A stretch of 64,000 nucleotides of DNA, taken from the IMG/VR virus record IMGVR_UViG_3300045988_093513, positions 1 to 64,000 of that record, one strand, 5' to 3'. The position numbers were made by a program, and so were the translations under genes. The DNA comes from a virus. A model generated the notes under the pieces. It did not search any database. It had not been told where the DNA came from and saw only the letters and a program-made list of their open reading frames with translations. Below, in pieces: positions 40,322-49,787 of this stretch. The stretch's first letter is position 1, and every line of letters begins with the position of its first letter.

Positions 40322-40731
40322 TAGTTCACGTCCTTTCTGATAATAGCGTATCCGTCTTGCATAGAAATAAACTTACTATGCGTTAATCGTGTATACGCTT
40401 TGTAGTTCCTATTTGTAAATGTATAGCACGTTTTGATATTTAAGATACGACATATAGTACAAACGTATTCCCAAATTGCTTGCCATTTACAATTAGATGG
40501 CCCAATCTGCAAATACTTTTCGTAAATATTAAACAAGAAGAAACTACCGTCATCCCAAAACTTAACGTACTTAAACTTCTTACACTCTTCACTTAATATT
40601 TCTCCAGTCTTTTCTTCATACCGTTTAATCTTAGCTGGCAGTTTCTTCTTGTCAAAATCAACGGGAGTTAATTGCGTCAGCGAGAGAAGTCCACTGTCCT
40701 GTGTTTCCATTGTTTCTAGCCCCACTTCCAT
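40321..40731 (-). CDS. Hypothetical protein (136 aa)
   Basis: ORF overlapping the upstream gene's 3' end. Confidence 0.3.
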   Translation of the reverse strand: MEVGLETMETQDSGLLSLTQLTPVDFDKKKLPAKIKRYEEKTGEILSEECKKFKYVKFWDDGSFFLFNIYEKYLQIGPSNCKWQAIWEYVCTICRILNIKTCYTFTNRNYKAYTRLTHSKFISMQDGYAIIRKDVN

Positions 40732-42199
40732 CTGTACTTGTAATCACGGTTGCTGACAAATGTTCCAAATTGATACGGTTTGTCGTGACCAGTGAATATT
40801 GCAGTGTTTCGTCACGAATTTGCGAACGAACATGTTTAGTTGTAGTGTTAGAATCAAGTGTAGCAAACACATGTCCGTTACATGAAGCTTCCGTATTACC
40901 ATCGCCCATACTTGTACTAATGTTTACGTTGTTAATATAAGAACTTAACAAATCGTAATCATGAATAACCCTAGAAGAGTAAGACTGGCTAATAGGGGTT
41001 GTATTAAAATCCTGAACAATGGTATCGCTAAGATATGCCAAGAAGCCTTGATTACCGTGTTCTCCGCACACAAGTACACCATTCTGCGTTTCGGTCATAC
41101 CGTTTACGGTAATGTCTTTGAAGTTCCATTTAGTAAACGCACCTAGATTATAATGGAACACGTAAAGGTCGTCATAATTGTTCTTAGCGATTACCATTTG
41201 TCGTCTATCTCGAAGGTCTGCAATCCATGGGTTAGACACGCCATCCATAATACTTGGATTACACTTTTGTCCAAACTCTTCTGTGCTGTAGTTACCATAA
41301 GTAGCACTGTTAGTCAGCTTACGCAACCCTTGTGTTGATACAAATGCGATGTCGTTTGCGAACGGTACAATAGCGTTAGCTCCTACCGCATCAGAGTTTG
41401 TACCAACCAATGAGATATACCAGTTCGGAGCTTCACCAGAAATAGTATACACGTTACCAGATGTTTTGAATACAACGATATCGGTAGACATCGGCACGAT
41501 AGTCAAGAACTTACCAGCGTCATCTGCACCTACATTTTGGATGTACTTGGCGGAAGACTCGTCGTCTGGGTCGTCATAGGCAATACCAATAGCTTTTTCG
41601 CTAAGAGCGTCACTGACTGCGGAATAGTAAATCGTATCATCGCCGCTAGCTGCACATACTAATCGCCCAGACTTATAGTACAGTACGTCTACATTTGGGC
41701 TATTGTTAAGTGTACCACCAGCAACACTAGAGCCATCGAGCGTTACTAGTTTGTTACGCTGCGATACCAGCCATGGGGGCGGTTGCATTAAGTACGCTTG
41801 CAACTTACGTCCACTAGCAAAGAATATATTACCACCAAAGTTCAAACATTTTGGTTTATCAATAGTTCCGCTAGTCTGACCGAGTGTAGTAACGACGCCA
41901 GCACCATTTAACATCTTGATAGTCTTCTTGCTACCACTATGTCCGACAAAGAAAAACGTAATTCGAGTAGAGGCATCATACCACAAATGGGTAACTGGTG
42001 TTGACTCTGTGTCGATTGGGTTATCAATAGCCGGCCTTGTACAGAACTTACCTGAGTAAAAATTAAATTGGAAGTTAGTGGCATCAACACATTCGTTGTC
42101 GGCAATTTTATCTGGCTCTCTCGAGATGTTAATGCCACCCGTATTATCGCTAAACTCAAGCTGCTGTTTAGCTTCATGTTTACGTACTTGATATGCCAT
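40658..42199 (-). CDS. Beta-rich tail/baseplate-like structural protein (513 aa)
   Basis: ORF. Composition typical of tail proteins. No specific motif. Confidence 0.4.
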   Translation of the reverse strand: MAYQVRKHEAKQQLEFSDNTGGINISREPDKIADNECVDATNFQFNFYSGKFCTRPAIDNPIDTESTPVTHLWYDASTRITFFFVGHSGSKKTIKMLNGAGVVTTLGQTSGTIDKPKCLNFGGNIFFASGRKLQAYLMQPPPWLVSQRNKLVTLDGSSVAGGTLNNSPNVDVLYYKSGRLVCAASGDDTIYYSAVSDALSEKAIGIAYDDPDDESSAKYIQNVGADDAGKFLTIVPMSTDIVVFKTSGNVYTISGEAPNWYISLVGTNSDAVGANAIVPFANDIAFVSTQGLRKLTNSATYGNYSTEEFGQKCNPSIMDGVSNPWIADLRDRRQMVIAKNNYDDLYVFHYNLGAFTKWNFKDITVNGMTETQNGVLVCGEHGNQGFLAYLSDTIVQDFNTTPISQSYSSRVIHDYDLLSSYINNVNISTSMGDGNTEASCNGHVFATLDSNTTTKHVRSQIRDETLQYSLVTTNRINLEHLSATVITSTDGSGARNNGNTGQWTSLADAINSR

Positions 42200-42206
42200 A
42201 TATCAC

Positions 42207-42638
42207 CTACAGTAATTTGTAAAACAATCCAATGAAGTCTTTATTGCCAACAACACTGACATCGTGGTATTCAATGTCAATAGCTGGCTTGACTTTATCG
42301 TCTAAGTAAACCAAGCCGATACTAGCGTTGACTGTTTTCGGCTTCAACTTTTTCAATTCTTTCTTCGATTCTGTCAAGGATTTCTGAAGTTGATTGTTCG
42401 ACTCTTCTGCTTTCGTCAACGCTATCCTCGATTCGTTCAGTTGTTTCTTTAGCGTCGTCAACTCCTGACTCTGCTTTTCCAATGTTGCCAGCTGTTTCTT
42501 GTTGTTGCTCTTCAGCTGTGTCAAGTCTTGTTTGAAGTCTATCCAATCTTTCTGACTGATAGTCATATCCGCAGCTGAAGCCACTGATGAAGCAGACAAG
42601 AGCAAGCACGAAGATAACAATAGCACGTTTAATTTCAT
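42207..42638 (-). CDS. Secreted or membrane-anchored coiled-coil protein next to the endolysin (i-spanin-like architecture)
   Basis: N-terminal hydrophobic segment MKLNVLLLSSCLLLSASSVASA followed by a heptad-rich coiled coil. Overlaps an alternative-frame ORF at 42322..42645. Confidence 0.4.
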   Translation of the reverse strand: MKLNVLLLSSCLLLSASSVASAADMTISQKDWIDFKQDLTQLKSNNKKQLATLEKQSQELTTLKKQLNESRIALTKAEESNNQLQKSLTESKKELKKLKPKTVNASIGLVYLDDKVKPAIDIEYHDVSVVGNKDFIGLFYKLL

Positions 42639-43222
42639 TAGTCATACCATTCCTCTACGTCATAATAATCATTGCCAATTTTATAAGAATCCGAATACTG
42701 CCACATCTTAGCTGGACGTTCTGGATGTTCATCGTTCCAGTAGTTAGTGTTACTATAGTTAGCTACCCACAGCTGTACATAATCTGGTAGTGCACCGACA
42801 TCAATGTCGTCAGTCAGTCCATAGTATCCAGAGTACACACCGACTGGAACATCGTGCGTATACTCCGTGATTACATTCAGAAAAGCCATGATAATCTCTG
42901 CTCTTTCAAAAGGAGTTGCATCTGGCATGTTTGATTCTTCCATATCGAACCAAATACCAAGAGACAGGTCAGCTCCCTCGTATTCATCCAGTTTATCAAC
43001 GAGAGCCATAGCTTCCTGTTCCGCACGGAGTTTATTTCGTGCGTGCGTAAAGCAATATACACCGACTGGTACACCTTGGTCAAGTGCATTGTTCATGTGC
43101 CTATCGAAGTCCTCGTCAATGTCAGCCCCTTCACTAATCTTGACGATTATTCCCTTGATTGGGTCTGGAGCCTCCTCGAGGTTTGGATTCTCCCTCCACC
43201 CATTCACGTCGATTACCTTCAT
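42638..43222 (-). CDS. GH25-family muramidase (endolysin), catalytic domain only
   Basis: KVIDVNGWREN...KGIIVKISEG...GVYCFT pattern of GH25 lysozymes. 194 aa with no binding domain. Confidence 0.6.
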   Translation of the reverse strand: MKVIDVNGWRENPNLEEAPDPIKGIIVKISEGADIDEDFDRHMNNALDQGVPVGVYCFTHARNKLRAEQEAMALVDKLDEYEGADLSLGIWFDMEESNMPDATPFERAEIIMAFLNVITEYTHDVPVGVYSGYYGLTDDIDVGALPDYVQLWVANYSNTNYWNDEHPERPAKMWQYSDSYKIGNDYYDVEEWYD

Positions 43223-43517
43223 TTTTACCCTCCAAAAAATCTGGTATTTTATTACCGTCGTTATCAGTTTTAATTTTTAAGAACATCAGTAATGCAGCCA
43301 TCGCAGCGGGTGAACACATGAGCGTACCCAATGCAATTAAATCGGACAACACTACTTTCCCCAATACAAACCACATCCACAACCAAGCCACGTTATATAC
43401 CACGAAGAGATATACGTAAGCCCACAGGATTACATTTACCCACCGATAGTTCTTAGGTGTCTTGCCAATGTCAATGGTGCGTTTGATTGCTTGCCTTAGC
43501 GTATTCAGAATGTTCAT
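43134..43517 (-). CDS. Holin-like small membrane protein
   Basis: Two or three predicted TM helices (VNVILWAYVYLFVVYNVAWLWMWFVLG..ALGTLMCSPAAMAALLMFL). Adjacent to the endolysin. Confidence 0.4.
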   Translation of the reverse strand: MNILNTLRQAIKRTIDIGKTPKNYRWVNVILWAYVYLFVVYNVAWLWMWFVLGKVVLSDLIALGTLMCSPAAMAALLMFLKIKTDNDGNKIPDFLEGKNEGNRREWVEGESKPRGGSRPNQGNNRQD

Positions 43518-43783
43518 TGTCGTCCCTCTAGTTTATGAACCTCTGTCTCAAGAGCGTCAAGGCGAGTCTTGTTAATTGAATGTGCCTCTTCCAGTCTAGC
43601 AATACGTTTATCCAAACCGCGTCTATCCACAGCGCTGCGCTCAAGTTCCTTGCGAAGTTCTTCCAGTAAGTTGTTATTCTGTGCAATAGCCGTCTTCAAT
43701 GGGCTAAGTACAACAAAATTAAATGCTCCGCTGACGAACGTAGCAATAGAGAGCACAGCTAAAATATCGTCCCAAATAAGCAT
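43514..43783 (-). CDS. Small TM + coiled-coil protein (holin/antiholin-like)
   Basis: N-terminal TM LAVLSIATFVSGAFNFVV, then a coiled coil. Confidence 0.35.
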   Translation of the reverse strand: MLIWDDILAVLSIATFVSGAFNFVVLSPLKTAIAQNNNLLEELRKELERSAVDRRGLDKRIARLEEAHSINKTRLDALETEVHKLEGRQ

Positions 43784-43791
43784 AGTCCTCC

Positions 43792-44214
43792 TTACGTCCC
43801 TTCTGTCTTCGATACATACAGACCGTCGGCAGTAGAACGAGTAATATATCCAGAATCGTTAGTTAATTGAGATACCTTTGTTGGTACAGCAGGTACAGCT
43901 GGGATATCTGTTTTCTTTGCGTACCCTACGTCATTCGCAAGTGCAGACAGTTTGGTAGGTACTGTTGGTATATCAGACTTCTTAGCGTACGTAGTGAGCA
44001 TGCCACTCAGTGCATCAATCGTCACGTACTGAGCTTCTGATGCTGGCGATGTCTCGTAGTTAATGATAGCAGCCACATACCTAGAATCGCCAATAGTTAC
44101 TGGATATACGTTCATAATTTTATATCCAGAACCAACCAATGTAGTAATCCTATCGTTGATTGCCTGGGCTAGAGTATCTGTTTTCTGTGCTGTTACACAG
44201 TCTACCTTATACAT
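43792..44214 (-). CDS. Hypothetical protein (140 aa)
   Basis: ORF with an RBS. Has an internal duplicated DIPxVPxxVS motif. Confidence 0.4.
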   Translation of the reverse strand: MYKVDCVTAQKTDTLAQAINDRITTLVGSGYKIMNVYPVTIGDSRYVAAIINYETSPASEAQYVTIDALSGMLTTYAKKSDIPTVPTKLSALANDVGYAKKTDIPAVPAVPTKVSQLTNDSGYITRSTADGLYVSKTEGT

Positions 44215-44231
44215 ATTACCTCCTTTAATGT

Positions 44232-44259
44232 AAATAAAAAAGGGGGCGTTACCGCCCCC
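44232..44259 (-). terminator. Rho-independent terminator (minus strand)
   Basis: GGGGGCG-TTAC-CGCCCCC hairpin followed by a U-run on the minus strand. Confidence 0.6.
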
Positions 44260-44270
44260 TAAATTGTGTG

Positions 44271-44933
44271 TTATGTCGTAGCCGTTGGAGTTGCATACGG
44301 GTTAGCTACCGTATACGCTGGCTGAGGAAATGGTCTCAGCTGATTAACAATCATGACAGTCTGTGCACACTGCCCGACATTAAACTGAGCGGCCTGTAAT
44401 TCTCTATCTTTTTCTGCCAGCTTATCACGAAGTTCCTGCATAGTGTTTGCAGTAATCAGAGCACGAGTCTTCTCTGCCTCTTCGTGAATAGCGCTTGTAA
44501 TAGTGCAGGTATTCTGATAGTTCTCTGCCTTCACAGAATCAATGTTGCGATTGGTTTCGCAGCAGCACTGTTGCTGTGCAAATCTATTCTCTGCAAGCTG
44601 GCTACCAAGGTCGTAGTTACCCTGCATGATAGTCTTTTCCAGTCCAGCGCGAGTGTTCAAAATAGAGTTATTAAGAGCAAACGTAGAATCAGAAAGCCCA
44701 TAAGTAACGCCGCGAATCTGTCCCATTTCGTCCTGATGATTAAACCCTGCTTGCATCTCTGCCTGAGTAAGACCGCTGCCACGGTTCCCCCAACCGAAGC
44801 CACCGCCACCCATAAGAGCAAAGATAGCAATCATCCACATAAACCACATGCCACCGCCATTACAGCCAAAACCGTCTCCGTATCCGCCATTGACAGGCAT
44901 TACGGGCGTAATCCCAGTACCTTCCATAAGCAT
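44271..44933 (-). CDS. Gly-rich membrane-associated hypothetical protein
   Basis: GGGMWFMWMIAIFALMGGGGFGWG hydrophobic and Gly-rich N-terminus. CCC motif. Confidence 0.4.
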   Translation of the reverse strand: MLMEGTGITPVMPVNGGYGDGFGCNGGGMWFMWMIAIFALMGGGGFGWGNRGSGLTQAEMQAGFNHQDEMGQIRGVTYGLSDSTFALNNSILNTRAGLEKTIMQGNYDLGSQLAENRFAQQQCCCETNRNIDSVKAENYQNTCTITSAIHEEAEKTRALITANTMQELRDKLAEKDRELQAAQFNVGQCAQTVMIVNQLRPFPQPAYTVANPYATPTATT

Positions 44934-44979
44934 ACCTCCTAAAAGTAGAACAAAGGTTGGAATTTTATATAGACCCTAG

Positions 44980-45195
44980 CTAGAGGTTTAAGCCATACTG
45001 CGATAAAAACTGATTAAGCTGTTCCTTACTCATCCCAGCACTGTTACCTAGGTTCTGTACAATGCCAGCAAGTTCTTCAGGAGACTTACCTTGGCACATA
45101 TCGAATACTCGTTTGGCGATGGGGTCAGACTGTACCCGACTCATGAACTGGTTGTACATCACCCGCTGGGGATTCATTGGCTGCTGTTGATACAT
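44980..45195 (-). CDS. Small hypothetical protein (71 aa)
   Basis: ORF. Overlaps the upstream gene's end. Confidence 0.3.
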   Translation of the reverse strand: MYQQQPMNPQRVMYNQFMSRVQSDPIAKRVFDMCQGKSPEELAGIVQNLGNSAGMSKEQLNQFLSQYGLNL

Positions 45196-45484
45196 TTACA
45201 TCCGCTCCTTTCATCTGAGCAACAATACTTTCAAGGTTCGCAATCCGTTCCTCGATTGTTTTGTTATTAGATGGAGTTTCCTGCAGAACGTATTTGCGAA
45301 TCACAGCCTTGCCATTCATATCAATAAACTTAGTGCAAATAGCACTGTTATCATTCAGCGCGAAATACGATACACGTCCGTCCAGTGGAACACGGCAAGC
45401 AGAAACCGCGTCTACATTTGGGACACGCTGGATGACCTCATAACCATAATTAGCGTTTGGATAGACATAACCATCAAGGTACAT
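45125..45484 (-). CDS. Hypothetical protein (119 aa)
   Basis: ORF. Confidence 0.35.
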   Translation of the reverse strand: MYLDGYVYPNANYGYEVIQRVPNVDAVSACRVPLDGRVSYFALNDNSAICTKFIDMNGKAVIRKYVLQETPSNNKTIEERIANLESIVAQMKGADVNVSTAANESPAGDVQPVHESGTV

Positions 45485-45525
45485 ATTACCACTCCTTTCT
45501 TATACCCTCTCTATTGATATAAGAA

Positions 45526-45981
45526 TTAGATGGTTGCTACGTACTGTTTGAACAGTTTGCCTTCTGGCATATCTGGGTCATCCCAATAGAGGGCTTTAGC
45601 TACTGCGATATACTTTTCTGGGTCTTTGCCTAAGACGTTAGAGAGGTCACTATACAGCATGTTAATCGCGTAATACAAATCCGCAGGATGTTCAATGTTA
45701 CGTTTCTTCGCTTCCTCCTCCACTTCTGCAAACGTCCAGTGCGGGCCAGTAGTACCATCAACGTTCTCCATGTGGGCTACCGCTTTGATGGCGATATCGT
45801 TATCAAAGTACGGGCCGCAATCCAGTTCGTGCAGTTTAAGCAGTAGATGTTTTGCCTTCGGGTCTGCGGTTTCCAAAGTAAGACTATCCAAGTATTCACA
45901 GATAGCATTATGCAATTCGCGAGTCTTCGTACCGTCCAAGGCGTCCGAAGACATGTCAAGATATTTCCTAGCAGTAAGCAT
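45526..45981 (-). CDS. Hypothetical protein (151 aa)
   Basis: ORF. Confidence 0.4.
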   Translation of the reverse strand: MLTARKYLDMSSDALDGTKTRELHNAICEYLDSLTLETADPKAKHLLLKLHELDCGPYFDNDIAIKAVAHMENVDGTTGPHWTFAEVEEEAKKRNIEHPADLYYAINMLYSDLSNVLGKDPEKYIAVAKALYWDDPDMPEGKLFKQYVATI

Positions 45982-45997
45982 ATTAGCCCCCTATATA

Positions 45998-46264
45998 TTA
46001 AGAAATTTTAGACACATCAATCTTCTGATTCTCAAATTTCTTGTAAGCATCTAAGTACACCTCATTCTTATCCCCATTAAACGTGACTTCATAATACATG
46101 CCGTCTGGCAAATCGGTTGAAACAAGTGCTTTCCAGTTCTGCAAAGTTTTGGAAAACCATACCACATACACATTGTCTAACGTCATGTACATATTATCAC
46201 TTTTGTCAATGTGTTCATTTGCGTAATCAAGCACGATTTTTCTTGCAATTTTCTGATATTCCAT
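45998..46264 (-). CDS. Hypothetical protein (88 aa)
   Basis: ORF with an AAAGGGGAG RBS. Confidence 0.4.
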   Translation of the reverse strand: MEYQKIARKIVLDYANEHIDKSDNMYMTLDNVYVVWFSKTLQNWKALVSTDLPDGMYYEVTFNGDKNEVYLDAYKKFENQKIDVSKIS

Positions 46265-46404
46265 ACAATTACTCTCCCCTTTCTCTCTGCTGTTAAGGAC
46301 AATTCATATTAGTAGAATGCTTATTTATTTCAGGCGACCAATAAAGTGTTACATCTTGTGAAATATGAGGCACTGCAGTCCAGGAATCAGAATCATGGTG
46401 TGTG

Positions 46405-46896
46405 TCACATCTCATAAACCACACTACATTCTCTCCCCCACATTAAACCTGTTCCATCTGGAGAAGCACTAAATGTCATATCGCTATTGATTACCCCCCC
46501 CGTCGAAACGTTCAGCGTATAGCCATCAGCAGCGATAACTTCTGCTTCATAGGCCGTACCTTTGGGGATAGTGAAGGAGGATGTGTGGTCTGTGCCACCA
46601 TTCTTTTTTGGGGTGTATACATGGATCGTCTGATTAGCACTTTGTGTAATTGTTACGTTGACATAAGTGACGGCTTCTTTCCATGCAGCATAAGTAACGC
46701 CATTCTTTTCTACTCTCAAGTTAGTTGCGTTAGCATCAGTAGTGCTTCCCAGTTTTACATACCCTTTTGTTCCGTCAACTTCAAGGGCAAGATAAGGACT
46801 ACCACCCACTTCTTCTGGGGTTGTATAAATGTCACAGGCCTCTTCCGTTCCGCCTGTTTTTAGAATGTGCAGTTTTTTAGTAAGTGTCCCCATCAA
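46405..46896 (-). CDS. Hypothetical virion protein (163 aa)
   Basis: ORF, beta-rich. Confidence 0.4.
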   Translation of the reverse strand: MMGTLTKKLHILKTGGTEEACDIYTTPEEVGGSPYLALEVDGTKGYVKLGSTTDANATNLRVEKNGVTYAAWKEAVTYVNVTITQSANQTIHVYTPKKNGGTDHTSSFTIPKGTAYEAEVIAADGYTLNVSTGGVINSDMTFSASPDGTGLMWGRECSVVYEM

Positions 46897-46902
46897 GTCC
46901 TC

Positions 46903-47073
46903 CTATTTTACCCATATTTGTTTACCATCAATATCTAACACGGTATCGTGGTCAAGCGCTTCCAGTTTATCTAGCTCTACGTACAAACGGTCGCGTTGGA
47001 GTTCGACGGTACGATACTCGTCGGCGGTATATCCGCCTAGCCAATGTATGATGGCGTTTTTTATTTTATCCAT
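46903..47073 (-). CDS. Unlisted small protein (56 aa). It is below the ORF-track size cut-off.
   Basis: ATG preceded by a consensus SD (GGAGGT). Translates MDKIKNAIIHWLGGYTADEYRTVELQRDRLYVELDKLEALDHDTVLDIDGKQIWVK. Confidence 0.4.
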   Translation of the reverse strand: MDKIKNAIIHWLGGYTADEYRTVELQRDRLYVELDKLEALDHDTVLDIDGKQIWVK

Positions 47074-47393
47074 ACTTTACCTCCAGGGATGGTTAATGAT
47101 GTGGATACCTTAACATCAGTGGCCGTTACTACCCCAGTGAAAGCTGGAGAGGCTTTTGGTGCGTACATATTGAATTTACTGTTGATTACTTTGTTTTGCA
47201 CTGGGTTGGTACTCGTACCAGATAATGCATTATCTACAGTTATGCTATTATCTGTAATATCAGCCTTGGTAGCAATCTCCTTACCTTTGTATCTGGTAGT
47301 ATTCTGTAAGTCAATCTCCCCAGTGAATGTGACTGGGTTGGTTCGTATACCTTTCCAAAATCTCTTTAGATTATCGAACGTAATCCAAGACAT
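47061..47393 (-). CDS. Hypothetical virion protein (110 aa)
   Basis: ORF. Confidence 0.4.
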   Translation of the reverse strand: MSWITFDNLKRFWKGIRTNPVTFTGEIDLQNTTRYKGKEIATKADITDNSITVDNALSGTSTNPVQNKVINSKFNMYAPKASPAFTGVVTATDVKVSTSLTIPGGKVWIK

Positions 47394-47397
47394 TTAA

Positions 47398-48276
47398 TCA
47401 CACTCCTTCTGCGGTAAAGAGTCCATCAATATCACCATCTGTTGCAGAGGCAATCACAAACGCGCCGCCGTAGTTATCCCAACCAATACCGTTCCATACT
47501 ACGTTATCGCCAGCCTTAATCGGAGAACCGTTAGCATCAGTGCCACCTGCCGTAGTGATATTGTACATGTCGCCTGTTTTATTCTGTGCATCTGCAGGAA
47601 GGTCGGTAAATGCATCAACAATGCCACGATAGATGACGGCCTGAGAGATGTCAGACTTCTTAGCATAGTCGGTCAGCGTAGTGGTCAGAGAAGTCTTGGA
47701 TACATAAGTGTTCGCGGCGTTGACCTTAGTTTCAAACGGAGTAACGTCAATAGTACCCTGTACTGCACTAAGTACCCCATCTACCATCTGCAAGTTAGCG
47801 CCAACTTTAATACCACCAGATGTAGTAGCGGATGCTACTGGCAGTATATATTTATTAGCGCCAACTGCTACCCCAGCCAGCTTGGTTTTTTCAGCAGAGG
47901 TGAAATCCTCTGTAGACAACTGCTTACCTTCTGCTTTGTCAACCTTTGTAGCGAGGTCGGTAGCGGCAGAAGCCTTAGTGTAATACTTGCCATCAGCAGT
48001 TGCAGTCTTCTGGTACGCAGACAGGTCAACAGACATTACACCTTCTGCACTAATAGCAACATTATCGCCACTCTTAACGCCACCAAGTGTAGTAGAATCT
48101 GCGGTCGGGAGCACGTACAAGTTTGCACCCGTGGCGATACCAGCCAGCTTAGTCTTCTCGGCAGTGGTGTAGTTGTTATCGGAAAGAACTTTAGTACCGT
48201 CTTTCTGCACAAAGATTTCCTTAGACTTCTCAAGGAAACGAGCCATTTGTGGGAGTTTAACAAATTTATCTTCCAT
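47398..48276 (-). CDS. Tail fibre protein with internal tandem repeats
   Basis: Repeated FTSAEKTKLAG(I/V)AxGANxYxLPxA..TxGGxKxG modules. The repeats are also visible at the DNA level. Confidence 0.5.
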   Translation of the reverse strand: MEDKFVKLPQMARFLEKSKEIFVQKDGTKVLSDNNYTTAEKTKLAGIATGANLYVLPTADSTTLGGVKSGDNVAISAEGVMSVDLSAYQKTATADGKYYTKASAATDLATKVDKAEGKQLSTEDFTSAEKTKLAGVAVGANKYILPVASATTSGGIKVGANLQMVDGVLSAVQGTIDVTPFETKVNAANTYVSKTSLTTTLTDYAKKSDISQAVIYRGIVDAFTDLPADAQNKTGDMYNITTAGGTDANGSPIKAGDNVVWNGIGWDNYGGAFVIASATDGDIDGLFTAEGV

Positions 48277-49787
48277 TAAATTTTCCTTTCAGCAAACAGT
48301 AAGTCAATGTCATCGTTAGTCGCGACATTGTTTGTGATATCATCAACATACTTAATAATAGTAGAGTTGTTCTGAACAACTTTATTGTCAGTGTAACTAG
48401 TGGCACGGGTATACCCTTCAATGTCACCCGTCTCTCTATTCTGAACTTCGGTGTCCAACCTATCAGACAACGCCGTATCGGAAGCCTGTAGATTATCAAC
48501 CTGTGTTCTGATGTTGGCGTTAATCTCATCGTCAGATGCCTTACGAGTGTTAATCTCGCTAGTAAGGTTACTGGAGAGTTCGCCAATCTTTTTGGTGACA
48601 TTAGCGGCTACGTTAGCATCGTTGCCAAGAGCGTCAGCTAGTTCCTTCAAGGTGTCAAGTGCTTCTGGGGCACCGCCTACCAGACTAGCAACCTTCTGGT
48701 CTGTATACAGTTTAGCAGTAGACAGAGACTCGGCAACTTTATCAGATACCTGAGCAGAAGTGTCTGCACCCATCTCAGCCAGAGTGATATCTTTCTCCGT
48801 GTTGTCGAGATACAGTACATGTAATGCACCTTTAGTTTCACCCGTCAGTTCCTTCGGTGGGTTCTGCAGGTTGTTCAACTTAGATGCCAAATCGTTAGCA
48901 GTGTTTGTTGCAGTTGTAACAGCTGCATCAACTCTCTTGGCATCAGCCTTGGCGTTTTCCATGTACGCTTCTGTGGTCTTCTCAGATTCTTTCGCAGCTT
49001 TCTGCGAAGCACTAGCGGCGTTCATGTAGTCCTGAGTGTTCTGTTCGGAAGCCTGAGCCCTACGCAGCAGTTCTGCCACGTCGTTCTTCATGTTGGACAC
49101 GTCCGTCTCGTTATCCTTGATACCCTTCAAAGTATCAATGGCTTCCTGCACTTTCTTCTTGGAGTACAAAGCCCAAGAGCGAGAGGATTGCGTTAGTCCA
49201 GTAGGAGATTCAAAGTCTGGCTCTCTGTCTGGGGTTGTTTCAGATACCGCCCATGCCTCAGCTTTATTGACACTGCGTTCGATATCAACCATTGCATCGT
49301 CATGCGCAGTCTTGATTTGTTCAAGAGAGTAGGTACGCACCTTATGAATTTTATCTTCAGCGTCACGTTCCCACTGGTCGATATTAGCTTTAGCCTGTGT
49401 CAGCAAAGAGTTGAATGTACTGGTCATGTACGTCATCTTTTCAGAGACCAGCGTGTTGATAGTGTTTACACCAGACGTACTAGCACTCTGTGTATCCTGT
49501 AGTGCTTGCTGTGCCTTCTCCGCATTTGTCTTTGTGGAGGCTTCGAGTTTCGTTACGTTCGCTTCAGAGGCTTGAATCTTTTTATAAGTAGAGTCAATGC
49601 CATCCTTGATGGAAGTAACGTCACCAAGTGCGGCACCAGCGTCCTGCGTCTTACCGTCATCATACGTAACGATAAGATGGGCTTGTTTATCTAATGCTAC
49701 ACTGGAGATACCGATACCACGTTCCCCTTTCTGTCCGTAACGTAACGTTACTTTGACAGGAGAACTGGATACAGTTACATGATTCAC
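48276..49787 (-). CDS. Coiled-coil tail fibre / needle-like structural protein (503 aa)
   Basis: Long alpha-helical, heptad-rich sequence. Start overlaps the upstream gene's stop. Confidence 0.4.
   Translation of the reverse strand: MNHVTVSSSPVKVTLRYGQKGERGIGISSVALDKQAHLIVTYDDGKTQDAGAALGDVTSIKDGIDSTYKKIQASEANVTKLEASTKTNAEKAQQALQDTQSASTSGVNTINTLVSEKMTYMTSTFNSLLTQAKANIDQWERDAEDKIHKVRTYSLEQIKTAHDDAMVDIERSVNKAEAWAVSETTPDREPDFESPTGLTQSSRSWALYSKKKVQEAIDTLKGIKDNETDVSNMKNDVAELLRRAQASEQNTQDYMNAASASQKAAKESEKTTEAYMENAKADAKRVDAAVTTATNTANDLASKLNNLQNPPKELTGETKGALHVLYLDNTEKDITLAEMGADTSAQVSDKVAESLSTAKLYTDQKVASLVGGAPEALDTLKELADALGNDANVAANVTKKIGELSSNLTSEINTRKASDDEINANIRTQVDNLQASDTALSDRLDTEVQNRETGDIEGYTRATSYTDNKVVQNNSTIIKYVDDITNNVATNDDIDLLFAERKI

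Noticed and set aside
42207-42638. Lipoprotein (o-spanin) call from the LSSC box
   Set aside because: The Cys sits only 11 residues from the start. The hydrophobic stretch continues to an AxA signal-peptidase I site, so a cleaved signal peptide or signal anchor is more likely.
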